Notes under the pieces: model-generated
The model's database searches: none
Told to the model about the DNA's origin: nothing
The model's input: only the letters and a program-made list of their open reading frames with translations
Made by a program: the position numbers and the translations under genes
From: an uncultured Alphaproteobacteria bacterium
GTDB lineage: Bacteria > Pseudomonadota > Alphaproteobacteria > Rhizobiales > Kaistiaceae
Direction of reading: 5' to 3'
Length of the DNA: 64,000 nucleotides
Assembly: GCA_963784605.1 (NCBI GenBank)
Contig: CAWARW010000021.1
Coordinates: 809-64,808 of the forward strand
Part shown: in pieces, positions 52,534 through 63,912 of the stretch
Layout of the letters: the number at the start of each line of letters is the position of its first letter
Numbering within the stretch: position 1 is the stretch's first letter

Positions 52534-53697
52534 CTAGTCGGCAAGCTCGACCCACGTCTTCGAAGCGGCATCGTACTTCACCAGCGAGACCTGGTCCTTG
52601 GTGATGGTGATGTGCTCCTGCTCGGTGAAGCCGAGCGTGCCGGTGATGCCCTTGTAGCCCTGGGTCTTGTTGAACTGGGCCTGCAGCGTCTTGGCATCGG
52701 TCGCGTTCGCCGCCTTGATCACTTCGGCAAACATCATGATCGAGTCGTAGCTGGTCTCGGCGAACGGCGTCGATTCGACGTTGAAGCGCTTGGAATACTC
52801 GTCGCGGAACGCCTGCAGCTCCGGGCTCGGATGGAGGCCGGAAGTGAGCGCGGCCGTCACCATGCCGTTGGCGAGATCGCCGGCGAGCTTGGCGAAGGTG
52901 TCGTCGGCGTTGGTTTCGTCGTTGCCGAAGACGGTCATCTCGTAGTTCGCCGCGTGCAGGTCCTGGACGAAGGCCGCCTGATCCTGCGGCGTCAGCCAGA
53001 CGTCGACGCACTTGATGCCGGCCGACTTGAGGGCATTGACCTGCGGCATGAGGCCGGCGGTGGCGCCGGTCGACCAGTTCTCGGTGATGGTCTGGTTGAC
53101 GGCGATCTTCTGGCCGGCGGCATCGTAGACCTGCTTGATGCCGAAGAAGCCGCCCTCGCCATAGGTCGACGGGTCATGCAGCACCGCCAGACCGCCGGGG
53201 CAGTTCTTCAGGGCGTATTCGCCGATCTTGCCGCCCCAGGCGAAGGTATTGAGGCCGAAGTCGAAGACCCACGGGTTGGGCTTGGCCTCGGGGCCGTCCT
53301 TGTAGACGGTCAGGCCGCCGTCATCGACCACGCCGATGTTCGGGATCTTGTGGCGCATGGCCAGTTCCGCCGTCACCGGTCCGGTATCCGGCGACCCGGC
53401 GATCGCCACCGCGCCGTCGCTCACCATCTTGGCGAAGAGCTGGCCGGACAGCGTGGCGTCGGCGTTGTCGTTGTGCCAGTCGAGCTTGATCTGGCGGCCG
53501 AGCACGCCGCCGGCGGCGTTGATCTTGTCGACGGCCATGAGCGCGCCGTTGACGACGGCCACGCCGGTCGACCCGTAGGCACCCGTCGTGCCGGCGATGA
53601 GGCCAATGAGAATGGGCGATTGGTCCTGCGCAAGGCTCGTCGTCGCGACGAGCGACAACAGAGTCGTACCAATGGCGCCGATAGCAACGGACTTCAT
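52534..53697 (-). CDS. ABC transporter substrate-binding protein (LivK / type I PBP family)
   Basis: gggagggagg precedes ATG 53697. A signal peptide MKSVAIGAIGTTLLSLVATTSLA, followed by ILIGLIAGTTGAYGSTG... Confidence 0.85.
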   Translation of the reverse strand: MKSVAIGAIGTTLLSLVATTSLAQDQSPILIGLIAGTTGAYGSTGVAVVNGALMAVDKINAAGGVLGRQIKLDWHNDNADATLSGQLFAKMVSDGAVAIAGSPDTGPVTAELAMRHKIPNIGVVDDGGLTVYKDGPEAKPNPWVFDFGLNTFAWGGKIGEYALKNCPGGLAVLHDPSTYGEGGFFGIKQVYDAAGQKIAVNQTITENWSTGATAGLMPQVNALKSAGIKCVDVWLTPQDQAAFVQDLHAANYEMTVFGNDETNADDTFAKLAGDLANGMVTAALTSGLHPSPELQAFRDEYSKRFNVESTPFAETSYDSIMMFAEVIKAANATDAKTLQAQFNKTQGYKGITGTLGFTEQEHITITKDQVSLVKYDAASKTWVELAD

Positions 53698-53960
53698 GGT
53701 TCCTCCCTCCCCAAAATGACGAACGTCGAATGCACCATCGACTGCCGACTGAGGCGGCTTCGTCTCCGTTTGTCTTCTCACGGAGTGCGGCCGGCTGGCA
53801 ACAGGAAATGTTACCGTTCCCAAGACTGCGGGGTGGGTCGCGCCATTTCGGCAGATTTCGATGAAAGGGCCGAAGCCACGGAAATATCAAATGGAATCGC
53901 CACAAACCTGACGGTCGTGCCGGCTTTTGCTTCCGATCCCGTTCCTATCGCCGGGCAAAT

Positions 53961-53978
53961 TCTGATATGCCTATCAGA
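53961..53978. promoter_or_regulatory. Palindrome TCTGATA-N4-TATCAGA (candidate operator)
   Basis: A perfect 7-4-7 inverted repeat in the divergent region between livK-like and the MBL gene. It shares CTGATAT with the CTGATATAGCC motif. Confidence 0.3.
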
Positions 53979-54068
53979 TCGAGGTCGCGGCCGGCCGGTT
54001 CTGGCGCCTTCCGGCGCTTCGGCGGCGATCCGCTGGCGGTAGGGAGAGGAGCCGCTTCGATGCGTCCT

Positions 54069-54087
54069 GGCTATTCCTGATATAGCC
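54069..54087. promoter_or_regulatory. LTTR-box-like inverted repeat GGCTAT-N7-ATAGCC containing CTGATATAGCC
   Basis: ggctat-tcctgat-atagcc lies 115 nt upstream of the MBL gene start (54202). It is the first of three copies of CTGATATAGCC. Confidence 0.4.
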
Positions 54088-54201
54088 AAACGACGTGCGG
54101 CAAATCCCCCATAGTCGCTGCTATCGACATGACCGTCCGCGCCAGGACGGCACGGGCGGTTGCCGCCGCTCTCGGGGGAACGGACAGGGAGGAGACCGGC
54201 G

Positions 54202-55091
54202 ATGGGACGCGTTGCCTACGAAAAACCCGCGGCGTGGTACCGCTTCAAGATCGGCGACTTCGTCGCCACCGTGGTTTCTGACGGCGAGCTCACCTTCGGC
54301 GCCTGCACCGGCGAATTTCCGGCGGCACCCGGCGGCCGAGGTCCACCGCCTGCTCGACCGCGAGTTCCTGCCCAACGAGCCGATGGTGCTGCAGGAGAAC
54401 ACGCTGCTGCTTGATACCGGCAACAAGCTGGTCCTGTTCGACACCGGATTTCGGCCCCGTGCCGATGTTCGGCAAGGATTCGGGCCATTTCGTCGAGAAC
54501 CTGGCGGCGGCGGGCGTTCGCCCCGAGGACATCGACGTGGTCATCCTCACCCACGCCCATCCCGATCATGCCTGGGGACTGCTCGACGCGGAGGGAAACC
54601 GGATGTTCCCCAACGCGGAGGTCTACATCTCGAAGGCCGACTTCGATTTCTGGACGGACGAGAGCCGGCTCTCCGACGAAAGCGTCGGGGGCTTCGTGGC
54701 GGGCGCCCGCAAGAGCATCCTGCCCTATCACAACCGGCTGCATCTGATCGAAGGCGACGGGGAGGTGCTGCCCGGGATCTCGGCGATGGCGACGCCCGGA
54801 CACACGATCGGCCATACCTCGTTCGCGATCTCGTCCGCCGGCGAGACCGTGCTCAATCTCGGCGACGTCTGCCACCACTATGCGCTGCTCTGCCCCAATC
54901 CGCGCTGGGAGTATCTCTACGATACCGATTCCCAGCAGGCGGTGGCCTCGCGCCTGCGCGTCTTCGACATGGCGGCCACCGACAAGCTCAGGCTGATCGG
55001 CTACCACTTTCCGTTTCCCGGCATCGGCCGCCTCACGCGCGAGGCGCCGAAATCCTACCGCTACGTGCCCATGCACATGAGCTTCGTATGA
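54202..55091 (+). pseudogene. MBL-fold metallo-hydrolase, doubly frameshifted as sequenced
   Basis: MGRVAYEKPAAWYRFKIGDFVATVVSDG is in ORF 54160... AEVHRLLDREFLP...LFDTGF is in the frame of ORF 54095... GPVPMFGKD...VILTHAHPDHAWG... is in ORF 54411..55091. The shifts are around 54333 and 54450. Confidence 0.8.
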
Positions 55092-55104
55092 GGCGGGGCG
55101 GTGC

Positions 55105-55125
55105 GGGCTATGGCTGATATAGCCC
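55105..55125. promoter_or_regulatory. LTTR-box-like inverted repeat GGGCTAT-N7-ATAGCCC containing CTGATATAGCC
   Basis: gggctat-ggctgat-atagccc lies about 95 nt upstream of the dehydrogenase start (55218). Confidence 0.4.
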
Positions 55126-55217
55126 GAACGGACGGTGTGGCGCGGAGACGACCGAACTAGGGATGGGCCCGGGCCGGTTTCCGCATTTCAAGCAACCAGA
55201 TTTCCAAGGCGAACGAC

Positions 55218-56112
55218 ATGTCAGATCCCGTTTTAGGCTTCGTCGGCATCGGCCGCATGGGCAAGCACATGACCACCCGGCTGCTCGCCGCAGGGCACAG
55301 CCTGAAGGTGTTCGACACCAACGCCGCCGCGGTCGACGAGGCCGTCGCGCTGGGCGCCGAGGCGGCCGCATCGGCGAAGGAGGTGGCCGACACCGCCGAG
55401 ACGGTGATGATCAGCCTGCCGACGCCCGACATCGTCCATCAGGTGGTGCTCGGCACCGGCGGCATCGTCGAAGGCGGCCGCGTCAAGACGGTCATCGACC
55501 TGTCGACCAGCGGTCCCGGGATGGCGATCCGCGCCGCCAAGGGCCTCGAAGCGCACGGCATCGCCTGGGTCGACGCGCCGGTCTGCGGCGGCGTCGCCGG
55601 CGCCCGCGACGGCAAGCTGGCGGTCATGGTCTCCGGGCCGAAGGCGGCCACCGACATCGCCCAGCCGCTGCTCGCCAACTTCGGCAAGGTGTTCTTCGTC
55701 GGCGAGAAGGCGGGCCTCGCCCAGGTCTGCAAGCTCGGCAACAACCTGCTCGCCGCCTCGGCCATGGTGGTCACCTCGGAGGCGATGGTCATGGGCGTCA
55801 AGGCGGGCATCGATCCCAAGGTGATGCTCGACATCATCAACGCCAGCAGCGGCCGCAACAGCGCCACCCAGGACAAGTTCCCGCGCGCCGTCCTGCCGCG
55901 CACCTTCGATTTCGGCTTCGCCACCGGCCTGTCCTACAAGGACGTGCGCCTGTGCATCGACGAGGCCGAGGCCATGGGCGTGCCGATGGTCGCCGGCGCC
56001 GCCGTCCGCGAGATGCTGGCCGTCACCAACGCGCGCTTCGGTGCCGACCTCGGACTTCACCTCGATCGCGCGCGTCGTCGAGGAATGGGCCGGCGTCGAG
56101 GTCAAGGGCTAG
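55218..56112 (+). pseudogene. NAD(P)-dependent oxidoreductase, 3-hydroxyisobutyrate-dehydrogenase family, C-terminal frameshift as sequenced
   Basis: LGFVGIGRMGKHM is a Rossmann motif. After ...NARFGAD (around 56048) the expected end SDFTSIARVVEEWAGVEVKG (stop 56110-56112) is in another frame. Confidence 0.85.
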
Positions 56113-56202
56113 CCGCGGCGCCGCCGTCCGCCGCGTCCGGGCAAATCGTTTGCGATCCGAATTCGCAAGTCACTGTCACAAGACACAGTCAGGAGGCTAC
56201 AC

Positions 56203-56589
56203 GTGAGCAAAGAAGTTTTCGATCGAGGGCTGGAAATTCGCAAGAGCGTGCTCGGCGCGGAATTCGTCGAGAAGTCGTTCGCCGCGGCCGACGATTTCAA
56301 CCGCCCCATGCAGGAACTGGTGACCGAGTATTGCTGGGGCGCGGTGTGGGGGCGCGAGGGGCTCGACCGCAAGACGCGCAGCATGTTGAACCTCGCGATG
56401 ATCAGCGCGCTCAACCGTCCGCATGAGCTGAAGATGCACACCAAGGGGGCGCTCAAGAACGGCGTCAGCCGGGACGAGATCCGCGAGATCCTGATGCAGG
56501 TGGCGATCTATTGCGGCGTGCCGGCGGGGGTCGATTCCTTCCGCATCGCCCGCGAGGCCTTCGCCGAAGTCGACGCGGCCGGCAAATGA
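56203..56589 (+). CDS. Carboxymuconolactone decarboxylase family protein
   Basis: aggagg precedes GTG 56203. Contains ...EYCWGAVWGREGLDRKTRSMLNLAMISAL...QVAIYCGVPAG. The stop overlaps the next gene's ATG. Confidence 0.85.
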   Translation: MSKEVFDRGLEIRKSVLGAEFVEKSFAAADDFNRPMQELVTEYCWGAVWGREGLDRKTRSMLNLAMISALNRPHELKMHTKGALKNGVSRDEIREILMQVAIYCGVPAGVDSFRIAREAFAEVDAAGK

Positions 56590-58127
56590 CCGTGGAAGGC
56601 GCCGCCATGCCGGGCAGGCCGCCGGAAGGCGGCAAGGAGCCCCTGCGCAGCTACCGGATGCTGATCGGCGGCGAATGGTGCGCCGCCGCCGATGGCGGCA
56701 CCTTCGAGAGCGACGATCCCTACAAGGGCGGGCCGTGGGCGCTGCTGCCGCGGGCGGGCACCGCCGACGTCGATCGCGCGGTCGCCGCCGCGCTCCGCCG
56801 CCTTCCGTCGCCCCGACCTGGCGCGGCATCAGCGCCTCGGCACGCGGCGCCCTGTTGCACCGCCTCGGCGACCTCATCGCCCGCGAGGCCGACCGGCTGG
56901 CGCTGATCGAGACGCGCGACAACGGCAAGCTGATCAAGGAGATGCGCACGCAGCTCCGCTACATCCCGCAGTGGTTCTACTACTTCGGCGGACTGGCCGA
57001 TAAGCTCGAAGGCCGGGTCATCCCGATCGACAAGCCGGGCATGTTCAACTTCACCCGCGAGGAGCCGCTCGGCGTCGTCGCCGCCATCACGCCGTGGAAT
57101 TCGCCGCTGATGCTGGCGACGTGGAAGCTCGCGCCGGCGCTTGCCGCCGGCAACACGGTCGTGTGGAAGCCCTCCGAATTCTCCTCCGTCTCGGCGCTCG
57201 AATTCGGCCGGCTGTTCGAAGAAGCCGGCTTTCCGCCGGGCGTCGTCAACATCGTCACCGGCTTCGGCTCCGAAATCGGCGACCACCTCGTCACCCATCC
57301 CAAGGTCGCCAAGATCGCCTTCACCGGCGGCGACCTGACCGGGCAGCGCGTGTATCCAGCGCGGCCGCCGGCCGCATCAAGCCGGTGACGCTGGAACTCG
57401 GCGGCAAATCGGCCAACATCGTCTTCGCCGACGCCGCCCTCGACAACGCCATCAGGGGCGCGGTCGCCGGCATCTTCGCGGCCACCGGCCAGACCTGCAT
57501 CGCCGGGTCGCGGGCGCTCGTGCAGCGCCCGCATCCACGACGAATTCGTCGACAAGCTGGTCGCCCTCGCCGGCACCGCGCGCATGGGCGATCCGCTCGC
57601 GCGACGAGACCCAGGTCGGGCCGATCACCACCCGGCCGCAATACGCCAAGGTGCTCGACTACATCGGCATCGCCAAGAGCGAGGGCGCCACCTGCGTGCT
57701 CGGCGGCGCCGCCGCGACGCGGCCGGAATGCGGCGACGGCTGGTTCGTCGAGCCGACGGTCTTCACCGACGTCAGGCCGGAGATGCGCATCGCCCAGGAA
57801 GAGGTCTTCGGCCCGGTCCTGTCGATCATCCCCTTCGACGATCTCGAAGAGGCGGTGACCATCGCCAACGACACCCCCTACGGGCTGGCCGCCGGCGTGT
57901 GGACGCAAAACATCGGCACCGCCTTCACCATGGCCGAACGCCTCGAAGCGGGCACCGTCTGGGTCAATACCTACCGGGCGATCAGCTACATGTCGCCGTT
58001 CGGCGGCTACAAGCGTTCGGGCATCGGCCGCGAGAACGGCCTGACCGCGATCCGCGAATACCTGCAGGAGAAAAGCGTCTGGATCGACACGGTCGGCAAG
58101 GTCGCCGATCCGTTCGTCCAGCGCTAG
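56586..58127 (+). pseudogene. NAD-dependent aldehyde dehydrogenase, at least four frameshifts as sequenced
   Basis: ALDH sequence is distributed over ORFs 56511.., 56675.., 57094.. and 57651..58127, plus an unlisted stretch ([24 protein letters not shown]). It contains [14 protein letters not shown] and EEVFGPV. The shifts are around 56800, 57355, 57530 and 57600. Confidence 0.85.
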
Positions 58128-58277
58128 GCGATCGACAGGCACGTCGCGGGCGTCGGGCTCCGCCTTGGTGCCCCCCGCGTGCGGGTGCCCTTGAGTCGAA
58201 GGGGCAGCCGGGATAGCGTGGGCATGGTAACGGTAACAGACACTGGGAGGGAAAGCCGGTTGTCTGCCAAGCCCACA

Positions 58278-59205
58278 ATGTCCCTGAAGCAGCTGTCCTA
58301 TTTCCTGTCGGTCGCCGACGTCGGCAGCCTGTCCAAGGCGGCCGTCATGATGTCGGTGGCGCAGCCGGTGATCAGCCGGCAGATCAAGCGCCTCGAGGCC
58401 GACCTGGGCGTGGAGCTGTTCTATCGGAACGGGCGCGGCACGGTGCTGTCGGAGGAGGGCAAGAGCCTCGCCACGCACGTCCGCGCGGCCATGGAATCGC
58501 TGGAACAGGCCCGCTCCGAGATCATGGCCTCGCGCTCGATGCCGCGCGGCACCGTGGTCCTGGCGATGCCGCCGTCGATCGGCTGGGTGATGACCACGGC
58601 GCTGGTGCGCCGCTGCCGCAAGGACTACCCGGACATCCGCCTGCATCTGAAGGAAGGATTTCAGCGGCCATGTCGCCGAGTGGCTGCTGACCGGCCGCAT
58701 CGACATCGGCATCGTCTACGACGCGCCGCGGCGTCCGACGCTGTCCTCCGAGCCGCTGTTTGCCGACGAGCTGGTGCTGCTCGGCCCCACCTGCGACCCG
58801 GCGGGCGTCGGCGACGGGTCGGTGCGCGCGGCGCGGCTGGGCGAGATCCCGCTGATCCTGCCGGCGCAGCCGCACGGCCTGCGCGTGCTGGTCGATCAGG
58901 TTCTGCAGAAGATCGGCGCCGCGCCGATGGTCGAACTCGAGGTCGAGGCGATGACGGCGACGCTGAGCCTGGTCGAGCAGGGTGCCGGCTACACCATCCT
59001 CTCGGAGACGGCCGCGCAGCATCTGCTCGGGTCCGGCCGCATCCGCTCCTGGCCGATCGTCGATCCGGTCATTCCGCGCCAACTGGTGCTGGCGACCTCG
59101 ACGCAGCGCCCGATGAGCGTGGCGACGCGCGTGGTCAGCCGGATGCTGCGCGAACTGGCGCGGTCCGCCTTCCGCGCGCGGCCGCGCGTGGCGGCGGCGC
59201 CATGA
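58278..59205 (+). pseudogene. LysR family transcriptional regulator, frameshifted as sequenced
   Basis: MSLKQLSYFLSVADVGSLSKAAVMMSVAQPVISRQIKRLE is an HTH in ORF 58179... It continues as SGHVAEWLLTGRIDIGIVYD... in the frame of ORF 58774..59205. The shift is at the ttt run around 58660. Confidence 0.85.
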
Positions 59206-59219
59206 CGGTTTGCGCAGGT

Positions 59220-59230
59220 CTGATATAGCC
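59220..59230. promoter_or_regulatory. Third copy of CTGATATAGCC (half-site only)
   Basis: tctgatatagccc lies just after the LysR stop and about 175 nt upstream of the second MmgE/PrpD gene. The left half of the inverted repeat is not conserved here. Confidence 0.3.
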
Positions 59231-59405
59231 CGGCGAACATCGCCCCGGGCCCGATGCCGTCCGATACTGCCCGCTTGACGTTGACGGGCCGCTGCGGATG
59301 GCCCGAGCGGTCGCTCGCCCGGCAAGAAGGCGAGGGCCGATAGGCGACCCGCCGGTGTGGCGGGCAACAGGCGAGAAGAAACGCGGGGGGAGGGAGCTGA
59401 CGGCC

Positions 59406-60786
59406 ATGACCATTGCTGCGAAGCGGGACGATTTCACCGAGGCTTTGCCGCTTGCCTGGCAGATCGCGCGGGCCGCGCAGGCCGATCGGCAGGCGCCGCT
59501 GTCGCCGCAGGTGCAGGCCAAGCTGCAGCTCTGCCTGCTCGATTTCCTGTCATGCGCCCTGGAATCGCGCGGCCTGCCGTGGGCCCGTCAGGCGGCATCG
59601 CTGGCCGAAGGCGAGGGACGCTGCACCATCATCGGCTCGCCCCGCCGGGCATTTGCCGGCGACGCGGCCTTCGCCAATGCCGTCGCCGGCCACGGACTGG
59701 TGCGCGAGGACATGCACGCCGGCGCCGTCAGCCACCTGGGCGTCGTCGTGTTGCCGGCGTTGCTGGCGGTGGCCGAGGACAGCGCGATTTCCGGCAAGGC
59801 CTTCGCCGAGGCCGCCGTGGTCGGCTACGAGGTCGGGGCGCGCGTCGGCCGCGCCATCGTCAATCCGAGCTTCGGGCGGATGTTCCGGCCGACCGGCTAC
59901 ACCGGCCCGATCGCGGCGGCGGCGGCGCTCGGCACCCTGTTGCGTCTCGACGAGGAAGAGATCGCCAGTGCCATCGCCTTCGCCGCCAACATGGTGGGCG
60001 GGCTCAACCAATGGCCGCACACCGGCTCCGACGAGATGTTCTTCCATCCCGGCCACGCCGCCGCCAGCGCCATTCGCGCCGTCCGCCTGGCGGTCGCCGG
60101 CGCCCGCGGCGCAGCCCTTGCCCTCGACGGCGAGGCCGGTCTCATCCGCGCCTACCGGCCGGATCGCACCGTGCCCGCGGTGACGCTCTTCGACGGTGCC
60201 GAGCCGGAGATCATGGCCGTCTACTTCAAGGCGGCGCCGGTCTGCAATTTCGCCCAGACGCCCTGCCAGGCGGCGCAGGAACTGGCGACCGAGGAGCGGA
60301 TCGATCCCGACTCGATCGCCGTCGGTTACGCTGCGCGTGACCGAGGCCGCCCGCGTCTACCCCGGCTGCGACCACGCCGGGCCGTTCGAGCGCGTCCTGC
60401 AGGCCAAGATGAGCATCCAGTATGCCGTGGCCAGCGCCCTGCTGCGCGGGGCGGTCGACGAAAGCGCCTACCGCGACCTCGACGATCCGGCGCTGGCACG
60501 CCTGGCCAAGCTGATCGCCGTCGAATCCGACGACGCGCTGACCGCGGCATTTCCGGCGGCCCAGGGGGCAGCCATCACCGTCACGCTGACCGACGGGCGG
60601 ACGCTGACGCGGTCGCTCGGCGACGTCATTCCCGCCAGCGCGGAGCTCATCCGCCAGCGCTTCACCGCCGCGGCGACCGATTTTGCCGGCGGGGCGAAGG
60701 CGCAGCAGCTGGCGGACGCCGTTAGCAGGCTCGACCGGATCAGCGACATGGCCGCCGTCATGCGGCTGGTGTCGGAGCCGGCCTAA
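59406..60786 (+). pseudogene. MmgE/PrpD family protein, frameshifted as sequenced
   Basis: MTIAAKRDDFTEALPLAW...GHGLVREDMHAG... is in ORF 59298... It continues as VTLRVTEAARVYPGCDHAGPFE... in ORF 60196..60786. The shift is around 60322. Confidence 0.8.
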
Positions 60787-60844
60787 AGGGCAGCGGCGGC
60801 GCCGGGATGCGGGGTCGCGCCGGGGCAGGATCCCCGGTCCCGGG

Positions 60845-61935
<1,091 letters not shown>

Positions 61936-61936
<1 letters not shown>

Positions 61937-62766
61937 TACTTTACGGCTCCCGCGGTCAGCCCCCGCACAAGACTGCGCGAGAACAACAGGTAGAGGACGA
62001 GGATCGGCGCGATCGCCAGCGACAGCGAGGAGAGCACCGCGTTCCAGTCGGTGACGTACTGGCCGATGAACTGCTGCACGCCGAGGGTGACGGTCTGCGT
62101 GTCGCGGCCGGGCGCCAGGATCAGCGGGAACCAGAGGTCGTTCCAGATCGGCACCATGGTGAACACGGCGACGGTTGCCAGCGCCGGGCGGATCAGCGGC
62201 AGGATGACGGCATAGAAGATGCGGTATTCGCTGACGCCGTCGCAGCGTGCCGCGTCGCGCAGGTCGCGCGGCACCTGCTGGATGAACTCGGCCAGGATGA
62301 AGATGGCGAGCGGCAGCCCCATGGCGGTGTAGACCAGGATGAGCGCGGTCAGCGTGTTCACCAGGCCGAGGCCGACCATCATCTTGAGGATCGAGACGCT
62401 GCCCAGGCGGATCGGCACCATGATGCCGATGGCCATATAGAGGCCGACCAGGGCGTTGCCGCGGAAGCGGTATTCGGTGAGCGCCCAGGCGCACATGGCG
62501 CCGAAGGCCAGCACCAGCGCCAGCGAGACGATGGTGACGGTGAAGCTGTTGACGAAGTAGAGGCCGAAATCCGCCTTGGCCAGCACCGAATCGTAGCCGA
62601 CCAGCGAGAAGGACTTGCCGATGGGCAGCGACAGCGGCGAGGAGAAGATCGCCCGGCGCGACTTGAACGAATTGATGAGGATCAGCAGCACCGGGCCGAT
62701 CGCCAGCAGCGTGTAGAGGATCAGCGCCGCATGAACGGCCATCCGCGACGCGCGCTGCTTGTTCAT
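61936..62766 (-). CDS. Carbohydrate ABC transporter permease (CUT1, MalG/UgpE-like)
   Basis: A 276-aa polytopic ORF with an EAA-like loop (DAARCDGVSEYRIFYAVILPLIRPAL). Confidence 0.9.
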
Positions 62767-62779
62767 CGCCGCCGTCCCC

Positions 62780-63742
62780 TCACGAGATGTAGTGCTGCAT
62801 GCGGCGCTGGACGCCGAACAGGAAGGTGAGCACGCCGACCAGGATGATGAGCAGCATCACGGTGGCCACCGCCGCGCCCATGGTCGGGCTGCCCGGCTGC
62901 AACTGGTTGCCGAAGAAGGTGCGGTAGAAGAACGTGCCGAGAATATCGGTGGCGAAGTTCGGCCCGGCGAGCGCCCCCTTGACGGTGTAGATGAGGTCGA
63001 AGGCGTTGAAATTGCCGACGAAGGTAAGGATGGTCACCACGCCCAGCGTCGGCAGGATGAGCGGCAGCTTGATCGACCAGAAGACGTGCCACTGGTTGGC
63101 GCCGTCCACCGTCGCCGCGTCGACCAGGTCGTCGGGGATGTTGAGCAGCGCCGCATAGATCAGCATCATCGGAATGCCGACGAACTGCCACACCGAGATG
63201 AGCGAGATCGTCACCAGCGCGGTGCCCTCCAGCCCCAGCCACGGCGAGAACAGGCCGCCGAGCCCGAAGACGTTGAGGGCGCCCTTGGCGATGCCCCACA
63301 GCGGCGACAGGATGAGCTGCCAGATGAAACCGATGATGACGAACGACAGCATCGTCGGCAGGAAGATGAGGGTGCGGTAGACGCTGCGCCCGGCCAAGGC
63401 CGGCAGGCTGAGCAGCACCGCCAGCGCCAGGCCGATCGAGTTCTGCACGATCATGTGGATCGCGAAGAAGACCAGGTTGTTGCCGAAGGCGTTCCAGAAC
63501 GGCCCCGCCCAGCGGGCGTCGGTCAGCAGCGTGACGAAATTGCTGAAGCCGGTGAAATGGACATTGCCGTGGCTGTCGGCGGCATAGAGGCTGAGCCGGA
63601 TGGTGTCGAGCAGCGGATAGATCGAGAAGATCGTGTAGACGATCGCCGCCGGGGCGAGAAAGGCGACGATATAGGTCGCCCAGGGCGTCGCATCCCTGGT
63701 GTCGATCCGTGCCAGAGCGGCCTCACCGCCGGTTTCCGCCAT
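62780..63742 (-). CDS. Carbohydrate ABC transporter permease (CUT1, MalF/UgpA-like)
   Basis: MAETGGEAALARIDTRDATPWATY... is polytopic with an EAA-like loop (DAATVDGANQWHVFWSIKLPLILPTL). ATG 63793 is an alternative start. Confidence 0.85.
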   Translation of the reverse strand: MAETGGEAALARIDTRDATPWATYIVAFLAPAAIVYTIFSIYPLLDTIRLSLYAADSHGNVHFTGFSNFVTLLTDARWAGPFWNAFGNNLVFFAIHMIVQNSIGLALAVLLSLPALAGRSVYRTLIFLPTMLSFVIIGFIWQLILSPLWGIAKGALNVFGLGGLFSPWLGLEGTALVTISLISVWQFVGIPMMLIYAALLNIPDDLVDAATVDGANQWHVFWSIKLPLILPTLGVVTILTFVGNFNAFDLIYTVKGALAGPNFATDILGTFFYRTFFGNQLQPGSPTMGAAVATVMLLIILVGVLTFLFGVQRRMQHYIS

Positions 63743-63912
63743 TGCCCCTTTCCCCTGGCGCACTCCAGATCGCGCCGAGATGCTCCGCCGCATCGCCGGT
63801 GCGCCCGGAAGCGGAACTGTAGTTTCCCTTGACCGCGAGAATCAATCGGTGCCCCGGAGCGCACGCCGGGCCGCGGAGGCTTTCTCCGCGACCCGGCCGT
63901 TCGATCGGACGA

